Source of the DNA: an uncultured Verrucomicrobiae bacterium
GTDB lineage: Bacteria; Verrucomicrobiota; Verrucomicrobiia; Chthoniobacterales; JAFAMB01
Reading direction: 5' to 3'
DNA: 64,000 nt
NCBI GenBank assembly: GCA_963837955.1
Contig: CAWIPH010000001.1
Location: forward strand, 352,001 to 416,000
The stretch's first letter is position 1. Every line of letters starts with the position of its first letter. Both the position numbers and the translations under genes were made by a program. Positions 39,050 through 47,743 of the stretch are shown here, piece by piece. Below the pieces are notes generated by a model. It saw nothing but the letters and a program-made list of their open reading frames with translations, did not search any database and was not told the origin of the DNA.

Positions 39050-39688
39050 CTACCCTCCTCCACCTACTTTAGTCTTTAGATTGCTGTACAAGTTAGCCAC
39101 AGCAGGACCCCAGGTCTTATTAGTACCATTCAGATCGTTATTCGCCCCAGGCGGAGAATAGGTGTACCAGAGTTGGCCGATCGTGTAGTCGTTGGCGTAA
39201 GCTCCGTTGGGATTGGCGAGGATTCTCGCCGCATAATTGATGCTATCATCGATCGAGTTAAAGTTTCGTGGCCCGCTGTCATTCGGGGAAATACCCATCG
39301 CATTGTTGCGATTGCTGAAGGCGTATGAAGGACCACCAACGCCCGATTCTTCTTCCGTGATTGCAGCTAAGAGCGCCGGATCGATATTATACTTCAGGCC
39401 AGCATCGAGATAGGTCTGGGCGTAAGGTTGCATGTAAGTTGGCAAGGCCGCCTGGAACGTGGCTAAATCCATTGGCTGATATCCTCTCCAGGTCTGACCC
39501 AAACCTGCTCCGCCAGTGCTTTGCCCACCAGACGCTGCGTTCGCCAGTTGATCGCCCTGCGCCAAGGCGTTTGCGGAAGGGGAAGAATTTCCGCCGCCTG
39601 AGCTGCCCACGTAATTTTCCGAGTTGTCGCAACCGAACAAAACAACGGCGAGAAGGCTGCCGGAAAAAACTTGCCTCGCCCGACTCAT
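39050..39688 (-). CDS. Lipoprotein with lysozyme-like (glucosaminidase/lytic transglycosylase-like) domain
   Basis: Lipobox LFGC, Gly/Ser linker, YNIDPALLAAITEEESG, NNAMGI and FNSIDDSI. Confidence 0.8.
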   Translation of the reverse strand: MSRARQVFSGSLLAVVLFGCDNSENYVGSSGGGNSSPSANALAQGDQLANAASGGQSTGGAGLGQTWRGYQPMDLATFQAALPTYMQPYAQTYLDAGLKYNIDPALLAAITEEESGVGGPSYAFSNRNNAMGISPNDSGPRNFNSIDDSINYAARILANPNGAYANDYTIGQLWYTYSPPGANNDLNGTNKTWGPAVANLYSNLKTKVGGGG

Positions 39689-40464
39689 AAATGCGGCCGC
39701 AGGGACGGGATGCGTGGTTCATTTCGGTCCAAATCGTTCTCCTTGGCTCGGAGCAGAAAACCGGAAACGCTAGATACTGATCGATTGGCTTGCACCCATT
39801 CGCGCAAGCTGCCAAGCCGGTGCCAGGCACCGCCTTGTCGATAGTCAGGCCCATAAACACAACGATCGGGTCCAACGACGACCGCGAAGCCAATGATGAC
39901 TGGCCCTCGGGTCGCGAAACGGCTTGGGCACACCAGGATCGATCCAGGCGGAGCGCGCTCCGGCTCGACGACATAGGCGTCAGCGTGTTGTAAGTCGCGG
40001 AGAATACCGAGTGTCCCGTTGGAGCTGAGCGAAAAGCCGGCAATTGGCGTTAGAAGGGCGTTGAGGGAAGCGCCAAGCGGACAAACATCATCGAGCGATG
40101 CCGCAGTTCCAGCCGCGGAGGGGTCGGCGTGGCCGCCGTTCAGGAGCCGAGTAGCGGCTCCTATTGCGGCATCCAGTTCGGTTCGGCTTGCCTCCGTGGG
40201 AAAAGAATCAAGCGAAGTATCTGCACCGACAACTGCAAACCCTGTGTTGCCGGTTTGTCGGACTAAGAGAACCCCTTTTCGCTCGGCTTGTTGGACCGTA
40301 AAGACGTGATAGACCGATTGCGGAGCGGCAAAGGCAGCCCAATACCTGATTTCGCCCTCTGGAACTGCGCGCTGGACAAATGCCGCCAGAGCACTCGGGG
40401 TTTCCGCCGGCGCTAAGCTCGCAAATAACCAGGTGATTAAACAAAGCAGGGATAAACGTAACAC
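39685..40464 (-). CDS. Exported hypothetical protein with possible degenerate NlpC/P60-like C-terminal domain
   Basis: Signal peptide; stop overlaps next start (ATGA); C...PPGSILVCPS...GFAVVVG pattern. Confidence 0.65.
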   Translation of the reverse strand: MLRLSLLCLITWLFASLAPAETPSALAAFVQRAVPEGEIRYWAAFAAPQSVYHVFTVQQAERKGVLLVRQTGNTGFAVVGADTSLDSFPTEASRTELDAAIGAATRLLNGGHADPSAAGTAASLDDVCPLGASLNALLTPIAGFSLSSNGTLGILRDLQHADAYVVEPERAPPGSILVCPSRFATRGPVIIGFAVVVGPDRCVYGPDYRQGGAWHRLGSLREWVQANRSVSSVSGFLLRAKENDLDRNEPRIPSLRPHL

Positions 40465-40672
40465 TTTATGTACATGTTATGTATATCGACAGCGGATGAC
40501 AATAGAAATAAATGTAAATCCTGCTTGGCGAACAGAACCTCAGGCCCAGCAGAGCGCGGAGACTCTTCTAGATTTCAGCGCCCCTAAATTCTAGATTCTT
40601 CGTTTCTAAATCTGTGGAATCTGTGGCTTAATCTCTCTTTACCATTTACCCCTGAATTAGCTGGAACCCGCG

Positions 40673-41764
40673 ATGGCCTACCTGCATCTGACCGATATCC
40701 AAAAGCACTTCGATAGCTTTCACGCTCTAAAAAATCTCTCGCTAGCCATCGAGAAAGAGGAGTTTGTGGTCTTTGTTGGTCCATCTGGCTGTGGGAAAAC
40801 AACGCTGCTGAGATCCATTTCGGGCTTGGAAACCGTTACGAGCGGGAAGATCGAGTTAGATGGGCGTGACATCACCTTTGAGCATCCGTCAAAGCGCAAT
40901 GTTGCTATGGTGTTTCAGAACTATGCGCTCTTTCCTCATCTGACGGTTTTCGAGAACGTCGCTTTTGGTCTGAGACTTCAACGATTAAGCAAAGCGGAGA
41001 TCGGTCAACGGGTACAGCGTGCGGCCAACATGCTTCATATCGAACCGCTCCTGCAGCGCAAGCCGAAGCAACTCTCCGGCGGCCAACGCCAGCGCGTCGC
41101 GATCGGGCGCGCCATTGTGAAGCAACCCAAACTCTTTTTGTTCGACGAACCGCTCTCTAATTTGGATGCCAAACTACGGGTTCGGATGCGGGTCGAGTTG
41201 CTAAACTTGCATTACGAAACCCGCAATACAGCGATCTACGTTACTCATGACCAAGTAGAAGCGATGACGATGGCAGATCGAATCGTCATTCTAAACGACG
41301 GCAAAATAGAGCAAGTCGGCAGCCCGATGGAGCTCTACGAGCGGCCGGCCAATAAATTCGTGGCCGGCTTCATCGGATCGCCACAAATGAACTTCTTGCC
41401 TGTTGTGGTGGAAGACGAAAAACCCGGCCAGCTTCGTTGTAAGTCGGACGCGGTCGGATTGATAAACCTGCCTCTCCAAGCGTCGCAGCCCCTGAGAGGC
41501 AAATCGCTCACCTTGGGCTTTCGGCCGGAACACGTACGGCTCGGGTCTTCCGCAAACTCCGTCCGCTTACCGGGAGTGGTGAACATTGTGGAGTACCTCG
41601 GAAGCGAGACCTGTATCCACTCGGAAATCGGGAAGGATACGATCGTTGTAGCAAAAACAACCGGCAGCTCGGCTCCCGAGCGCAATCATCGTATCGAATT
41701 TCATCTACCGGCCGAGCACCTGTATCTTTTCGACGAAAATGAACAGGCGATTCCGCTGAAGTAG
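40673..41764 (+). CDS. Carbohydrate ABC transporter ATP-binding protein (MalK/UgpC family)
   Basis: GPSGCGKT, VFQNYALFPH, LSGGQRQR, DEPLSNLD and TOBE domain. Confidence 0.95.
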   Translation: MAYLHLTDIQKHFDSFHALKNLSLAIEKEEFVVFVGPSGCGKTTLLRSISGLETVTSGKIELDGRDITFEHPSKRNVAMVFQNYALFPHLTVFENVAFGLRLQRLSKAEIGQRVQRAANMLHIEPLLQRKPKQLSGGQRQRVAIGRAIVKQPKLFLFDEPLSNLDAKLRVRMRVELLNLHYETRNTAIYVTHDQVEAMTMADRIVILNDGKIEQVGSPMELYERPANKFVAGFIGSPQMNFLPVVVEDEKPGQLRCKSDAVGLINLPLQASQPLRGKSLTLGFRPEHVRLGSSANSVRLPGVVNIVEYLGSETCIHSEIGKDTIVVAKTTGSSAPERNHRIEFHLPAEHLYLFDENEQAIPLK

Positions 41765-42258
41765 GCGGATGCTCCAGCCTCCGCGACCCATGGCGATGCG
41801 GTCCTCGCTGGTGACCCCAATTATCTCAGGCACGCCGTAAGAAATCGCTCACGCTGGGTCCTGAGCGTGGACGATCAGGCTACACTGTAGGCGGATGCTC
41901 CAGCCTCCGCGACCCATGGCGATGCGATCTCGCTGGTGATCCCGATATCTAAGGCACGCGATAAAAAATCGCTCACGGTGGGTCCTGAGCGTGGACGATC
42001 AGGCTACGTTGTAGGCGGATGCTCCAGCCTCCGCGACCCGTGGCGATGCGGTCCTGCTCTTGACGCCAATTATCTCAGGTGCGCCGTAAGAAATCGCTCG
42101 CGCTGGGTCCTGAGCGCGGACGATCAGGCTACACTGTAGGCGGATGCTCCTGCCTCCGCGACCCATGGCGATGCGGTCCTCGCTGGTGACCCCAATTGTC
42201 TCAGGCACGCCGTAAGAAATCGCTCACGCTGGGTCCTGAGCGTGGACGATCAGGCTAC
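41761..42258. repeat. Four tandem ~125-bp BIME-like units
   Basis: Units start at 41761, 41887, 42011 and 42136; each begins GTAG+hairpin and ends with an inverted hairpin+CTAC. Confidence 0.92.
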
Positions 42259-43254
42259 TTGTACCTGCAGCAGGATCTTCCCGATATGTTGGCCTTCCTC
42301 CATGACGCGATGCGCTTCCGGGGCTTTCTCCAAAGGATAGATCCGGTCTATGACCACTTTGATTTTGCCAGATTCGAGCAGGGGCCAGACGTGCTGAAGA
42401 AGACATTGAGCGATGGCAGCCTTTTCTTGGATCGAGCGCGGACGCATGGTTGAGCCGGTGATCGTTAGCCGGCGCGTCATTACTGGCATAAAATCGAATT
42501 GGTGGACCGTGCTACCGTGAAGGAAGGCGATTTGGACCAGACGACCTTCGATGGCGAGCAAGCGAATATTCTTCGCAAGGTAGTCTCCACCTACCATGTC
42601 CAGAATAACATCGACACCGCGGCCATTAGTGGCTTTTTCGACCGCTTCAACGAAATCCTGCGTTCGATAATTAATCGGTAATGCCGCGCCGAGGGAACGG
42701 CAGAATTCCATTTTGACCTCGCTGCCTACGGTCGTGAAAACGGTCGCACCGCGTTCCTTGGCGAGCTGGATTGCCATATAGCCGATCCCACTCGAACCGC
42801 CATGAATCAATACGTGCTCTCCGGGTTTGAGTCGGGCCCGTTCGATCAGATTCGCCCAGACTGTAAATAGATTTTCGGGAAGTGCAGCCGCCTGAGCAAG
42901 GTCGAACCCGCGCGGAATGGGCAGACAGTGGCTGGCATCCGTTCGGCAATACTCCGAGTAGCCTCCACCAGGCGTGAGGGCGCAGACCGCATCGCCGATG
43001 TTCCATTCTGTTACCTCTGCGCCGCAAGCTACAATCTTCCCACTCACCTCCAGCCCAAGAATCGGTGAAGCTCCCCGCGGCGGTGGGTATTTCCCGCAAC
43101 GCTGCAGCAAGTCCGGCCGGTTAACTCCAGCGTACTTCACCTCGATCAATACATCGTGCGGACCGAGCTCTGGCACTTCCCTCTGCCCGATTCGCATCAC
43201 GTCCGGTCCTCCGCCGGGCTCGTGGGCGATGTAGCGCATAGTGGGTGATTTCAT
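42250..43254 (-). CDS. NAD(P)H-quinone oxidoreductase (PIG3-like)
   Basis: AGVNRPDLLQR.GKYPPP, HGGSSGIG, GSTMRPR and HIGKILL. Confidence 0.93.
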   Translation of the reverse strand: MKSPTMRYIAHEPGGGPDVMRIGQREVPELGPHDVLIEVKYAGVNRPDLLQRCGKYPPPRGASPILGLEVSGKIVACGAEVTEWNIGDAVCALTPGGGYSEYCRTDASHCLPIPRGFDLAQAAALPENLFTVWANLIERARLKPGEHVLIHGGSSGIGYMAIQLAKERGATVFTTVGSEVKMEFCRSLGAALPINYRTQDFVEAVEKATNGRGVDVILDMVGGDYLAKNIRLLAIEGRLVQIAFLHGSTVHQFDFMPVMTRRLTITGSTMRPRSIQEKAAIAQCLLQHVWPLLESGKIKVVIDRIYPLEKAPEAHRVMEEGQHIGKILLQVQVA

Positions 43255-43282
43255 AGATACATCCCGAAAGAATCAGTCGAAA

Positions 43283-43552
43283 TTAAGGCGCTGGCTCTAC
43301 CGGTGCAGGATGGCTTCCTAGTTCACTCACCGCACTACCCTGCCGAAACTGCTCGCGCAATCGCCGGAAACGCCTCTCATAAATCAGGTCATAAAGCGGT
43401 ATCTTGTTCGGGAACAAATTCATTGCCTGGACTCGGAGGTGGAGCCTCTCGATTTCGATCTCGCGCTCCGAGCAATCGGTAGCGACGATTAGAAAACAGA
43501 GCCGATCGACGTGGCGCTGGAAATTCTGATAAGCTTCCTCATTGATTTCCAT
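43283..43552 (-). CDS. Hypothetical small helical protein
   Basis: Co-oriented with the downstream gene; LYDLIYERRFRRLREQFR looks protein-like. Confidence 0.65.
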   Translation of the reverse strand: MEINEEAYQNFQRHVDRLCFLIVATDCSEREIEIERLHLRVQAMNLFPNKIPLYDLIYERRFRRLREQFRQGSAVSELGSHPAPVEPAP

Positions 43553-43691
43553 GATTCAATTTAACACAGGATCCAACCGAGTCGGTTTCAACCGACCTCG
43601 CGCGGCCGCCGAAAAAGAGTTCGCTGCGCGAAGATAATTGTGTGTCCGAAAACGGCCAGACGTTCCTTCCCCGAGAGCCTATTAAGAGTGA

Positions 43692-44177
43692 ATGAACACT
43701 AGTTTTACTTACCCATTTCGCGTCTCGGGGATTCCAGCTAACGCCGCAGACGAATTTCGCCATCTTTCGGACGATGAGTTGAAGAACCGCCGAGTGGTTC
43801 GGTCCATCGCAGACAAAAAGCCCGGATTCCCGTGTCGTATCAGTCTGCAGGACGCCGAAATTGGTGAATCTGTGTTACTGCTCAACTTCGAACATCTACC
43901 GGTTTCGTCCCCATACCGGAGTATCGGGCCGGTATTTGTCCGGGAGTCGGCCATCGAAACCTACTCGAGCACCAATGAAATCCCGGAACCGTTTCGGGGG
44001 CGATTACTATCGGTGCGTGCCTATGATGACAAAGATATGATGGCCCTAGCGGAAGTGGTCGAAGGTGCGGAGATCGATCAATTGATCCAACAGTTTTTCG
44101 CGGACAGTCGCGTGGCATATCTTCACGTGCACTACGCCCGTCCGGGTTGTTTCGCTTGCCGCATCGATCGCGCATGA
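43692..44177 (+). CDS. DUF1203 domain protein
   Basis: PGFPCRISLQDA, PYRSIGPVFV, LLSVRAYD and YLHVHYARPGCFAC. Confidence 0.9.
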   Translation: MNTSFTYPFRVSGIPANAADEFRHLSDDELKNRRVVRSIADKKPGFPCRISLQDAEIGESVLLLNFEHLPVSSPYRSIGPVFVRESAIETYSSTNEIPEPFRGRLLSVRAYDDKDMMALAEVVEGAEIDQLIQQFFADSRVAYLHVHYARPGCFACRIDRA

Positions 44178-44445
44178 GGTAGGGACACGCTCCCGCGTGT
44201 CCGTTGCCGTCCAATTGATCTGTGGTGATCGAATAATGCGCGACGCTTCCAGGTAGGGAGGGCGCGCGTCCTCGCGCGCCGCAAATCTCCTGGTTCGGAA
44301 AAAACGCTTACCTCAGCGCGGATCGCGGGGATCCGACGTCGCAAAATGCCATGGATGTTGAGCATGGCTTGTGGAAGGCTATGTCGGACAAGCTGCGATC
44401 CCTCCCCGCGAACGGTCAACCTGCTACGGCTCAATATGCCCTACC
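44178..44445. repeat. Cluster of GTAG-REP-like hairpins between convergent genes
   Basis: GTAG-GGACACGC-TCCC-GCGTGTCC, GTAG-GGAGGGCGCGCG..CGCGCGCC, and inverted GGCTCAATATGCCCTACC. Confidence 0.6.
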
Positions 44446-44447
44446 AT

Positions 44448-45590
44448 CTATGGCTCTAGTGTTACCTTCACAGACGTCAGACCGGAAATGACCAGGTCGA
44501 TCCCTTTCTGGTAGTCGCTCAACGGCAAACGATGCGTGACGATTTCATCCATCGGCAGGCGCCCTTGCTCGATCATTCGAATCGCAACCGGATAACAGCG
44601 TGGACCAAGGTGCGAACCGTGAACGTTTAGCTCTTTTGAATCGCCGATGATCGTCCAGTCGACGGTCACTTTCTCGCGCATCACACTGAATTCCACGAAA
44701 GTGCCAAGTTTGCGGATCATGAGCAGCCCTTGTTCCACGGCGCTCGGATGACCTGTCGCTTCGATGTAAACATCGCAGCCGTAGCCATCAGTGAGATCGC
44801 GTACAGTTTGGACTGCATCCTGTTGTTTCGGATTAATTCCAATGTCAGCGCCGCATCGCTTAGCGACTTCTAGTCGCTCGTCGCTGAGGTCGAGCGCTAT
44901 CAATCGCGCCGGGCCCTTCATCTTGGCGGCAGCCACCATGCCCAGTCCGAGCGGTCCGCACCCTGCAATCACGACCGTATCCTGATATTGGATGTCGCCC
45001 CGTTCTACCGCGTGGATGGAGCAAGCAAGAGGTTCAATAAAGACTGCGTGGTGCAACGGGATATTCTTGGGTACCTTATAGTTCAGGGCGCCGGCTGGAA
45101 ATAGCATGTACTCGGCCCAGGATCCGAAAGTGCGCTTTCTGAAGCCATAGATGTCATGGATATTACACATCCAGTAAGCTCCCATCTTACAGTAGCGACA
45201 GTTCCAACACGGCACGATCTGCTCGCTGATCGCGTGATCCCCGATCTCTAGGCCGTAAAGCTCCCCCGCTCCATCGCCCAGGCCAACGACTTCGCCCACG
45301 AACTCGTGACCAGGAGTCACGGGTGCCTGGCAATAGCCGACCCGATGTTCATCACCCCAGAAAAGTGCGGCGCCGGTGTAGCATTTGATGTCACTGGCGC
45401 ATACGCCGGTACTTTTGACTTTGAGGAGCACCTCCCCAGGTCCTGGTTTCGGAACGGGACGTTCTTCCATGCGGTAATCGTGCGGGCCGTGCGCCATCAC
45501 GGCTGGCATCGATTTCGGTAGCTTGTCTACCACACTGCTCGTGGATTTAGCCGGTACCGACTTTGGTAATTTATCAACGACACTGCTCAC
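44448..45590 (-). CDS. Zinc-dependent polyol dehydrogenase (erythritol/L-threitol dehydrogenase-like)
   Basis: GVCASD, PGHEF, CWNCRYC..C and GCGPLG; GTG start with AGAAGGAG RBS. Confidence 0.88.
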   Translation of the reverse strand: MSSVVDKLPKSVPAKSTSSVVDKLPKSMPAVMAHGPHDYRMEERPVPKPGPGEVLLKVKSTGVCASDIKCYTGAALFWGDEHRVGYCQAPVTPGHEFVGEVVGLGDGAGELYGLEIGDHAISEQIVPCWNCRYCKMGAYWMCNIHDIYGFRKRTFGSWAEYMLFPAGALNYKVPKNIPLHHAVFIEPLACSIHAVERGDIQYQDTVVIAGCGPLGLGMVAAAKMKGPARLIALDLSDERLEVAKRCGADIGINPKQQDAVQTVRDLTDGYGCDVYIEATGHPSAVEQGLLMIRKLGTFVEFSVMREKVTVDWTIIGDSKELNVHGSHLGPRCYPVAIRMIEQGRLPMDEIVTHRLPLSDYQKGIDLVISGLTSVKVTLEP

Positions 45591-45696
45591 GGATCGATTC
45601 TCCTTCTGGTTCGGGGGTTAATTTTCTTAGATACATTTAGTCAGACACATTTGGTTACAAATACAACTTCCACCATCTGGAACGACGTCGTTTGAG

Positions 45697-46527
45697 TTAC
45701 TTGATAGCTCCCATGGTTAAGCCCCGCACCATCTGCCGGGAAACAATCAGGCTAAAAATAATTACCGGAAGGGCAACTAGAGTCCCCGTGGCCATGATTT
45801 GACCCCATGGGACCTGGTAGCCACTCATGAAGCTGGTTGCCACTACCGGAGCGGTCTGCGTCTCCCTCCGCATCAAAATGAGCGCGTAAAGCAATTCGTT
45901 CCAGGAGAAGATAAAACAGAAAATGGCGGAAACAGCGATGCCTGGCGCGGCGAGGGGAAGAGCAACTCGCCAGAAGATGCTGAACGAATTGTAGCCTTCC
46001 AAAGTGGCAGCCTCGTCCAGCTCCTTCGGAATTCCACGAAATTGGTCGGAACAGATCCAGACGACGATTGGCACATTGAACGTCAGGTAGATAAAAACCA
46101 ATACAATCGGATTGCCGATCAGATGGAAGTTGCTCGCCAAAAGGAAAAAGGGAAGCGCCAATACGATCGGGCTCACCATCCGGTTCGTGATGAACCAGAA
46201 CCAAATATCCTTCTTCCCTCTGAAATCGAAGCGAGCCAAGGCGTAAGCGGCCGGCGTGCCCAAGAGCAACGCGAGCGCAGTAGTCGTCAACGCTACAAAC
46301 AAAGAGATTCCGAGGCTGCCGCCGACATTCCGCTGGAAGGCGTCTTGGTAGTTTTCGAGTGTCGGTTGAAAAGTCAGCGTCGGCTTCTGGGAGAGAATGA
46401 GCTGCGGATCCTTCAGTGAAGAAGAAACCATCCAATAAAACGGAAAGATGCAAAAAAATAGGATGAGCAACAGTCCGACGAAATGGGCAATACCGAACCT
46501 TTTCTTGCTAATGCGAATGGCAGCCAT
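45697..46527 (-). CDS. Carbohydrate ABC transporter permease
   Basis: EAA loop IPKELDEAATLEG and FIFSWNE. Confidence 0.93.
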   Translation of the reverse strand: MAAIRISKKRFGIAHFVGLLLILFFCIFPFYWMVSSSLKDPQLILSQKPTLTFQPTLENYQDAFQRNVGGSLGISLFVALTTTALALLLGTPAAYALARFDFRGKKDIWFWFITNRMVSPIVLALPFFLLASNFHLIGNPIVLVFIYLTFNVPIVVWICSDQFRGIPKELDEAATLEGYNSFSIFWRVALPLAAPGIAVSAIFCFIFSWNELLYALILMRRETQTAPVVATSFMSGYQVPWGQIMATGTLVALPVIIFSLIVSRQMVRGLTMGAIK

Positions 46528-46528
46528 T

Positions 46529-47512
46529 TCAAATCTCCCGATAGAAGTAGCGAATGTAAATGCGCGAAAGAATGATCGTGATGATCAGAAGCACGATCGC
46601 TTGGGCCGAGGCTACGCCCTGGTCGACTTGTCGAAAGCCAACCCGTTGAACGTAGACACTGATTAAGTCGGTCGCATTGCCTGGACCGCCCTGGGTCATC
46701 GTGTAGACCACGTCGAACATTTTCAAAATGTCCGCGGTTCTCAGAATCAAAATCGCGGTGATTCCTGGCAACATAAATGGAAGCTGCACTCGCCAGAGGA
46801 CTTGCCACCAGCGATCCGTCTCGAGCTTGGCCGCTTCTTCAATTTCTGGTGGTACGAGAGTAAGACTGGAGAGTAAAACCAGCGCACAAAACGGCGTCCA
46901 CTGCCAGCAATCCATAATCGACACGGTGGCAAAGGCCAGGTTTGGATTCCCCAGCCAGTCGATCATGTTCGAGGGAACCACGTGCCGCCAGAATCCATGT
47001 AATACTTCAAAGTGCCCCTGGAGCAATGGTCCAATCGAACGAAAAAGCGATATAACCGTAGCTACGGCATAGTTCACCACACCGAAGCTGCTGTTGAACA
47101 TTAGGCGCCCCATTAGACCGACGACAGCAAGGGTTGTAGCTAGAGGGATCACGAGCGACACGCGACAAATGTTTTTGAGCCACTCGTGGCCAACCTTGTG
47201 CAGCACTAGCGCGATAAGCAGTCCGAGGACGAGTTGGATCGGAAGATTAATAAGAAGAAAGACAAATGTGCGAAAGAGCGATTCCCTGAATCCGGCATCA
47301 TTCACCAGACCCAGATAATTTTGAAACCAGAGGAACGGCTGGCCGTGTAAGGCGTAGATGCGGGCTCGGCTCAGAATAAACTCGTGCAACGAGTTCCAAA
47401 CCGCGAAAAGCAGAGGAAATATCCCGACCGCCAAAAGCACGATGACTGCGGGAGCAAGAAAGAAGATGACTCCGCTGGAATAGGTCTTCTTGGGTTTGGC
47501 CCGAGTCGTCAT
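46529..47512 (-). CDS. Carbohydrate ABC transporter permease
   Basis: WQWTPF, EIEEAAKLE and MTQGGPG. Confidence 0.93.
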   Translation of the reverse strand: MTTRAKPKKTYSSGVIFFLAPAVIVLLAVGIFPLLFAVWNSLHEFILSRARIYALHGQPFLWFQNYLGLVNDAGFRESLFRTFVFLLINLPIQLVLGLLIALVLHKVGHEWLKNICRVSLVIPLATTLAVVGLMGRLMFNSSFGVVNYAVATVISLFRSIGPLLQGHFEVLHGFWRHVVPSNMIDWLGNPNLAFATVSIMDCWQWTPFCALVLLSSLTLVPPEIEEAAKLETDRWWQVLWRVQLPFMLPGITAILILRTADILKMFDVVYTMTQGGPGNATDLISVYVQRVGFRQVDQGVASAQAIVLLIITIILSRIYIRYFYREI

Positions 47513-47743
47513 GATTTTAGCTTGAGGCTCGGCTTTACCGGATCAGTGGAAGTATTGATGCGATGTTGCTGCTCTATCATGGGCTGTTCTCGGGAGTCGC
47601 ACCTGTCCGACGAAGCCTTGGCGAGTCGCTGGCCGCACGATGCCATCCAAATTGGCGAAGTCGGAAGCGGCTCCCCTCCGTCGTCAGGGGTCGCTCGGAA
47701 GCGCGCGCCTGGGACCATGTCCTAAGCGCGCGTCCACCTCTTG

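Noticed and set aside
41761..42258. CRISPR array
   Set aside because: Units are near-identical along their whole length with no unique spacers, and there are no cas genes; the architecture is REP/BIME-like.
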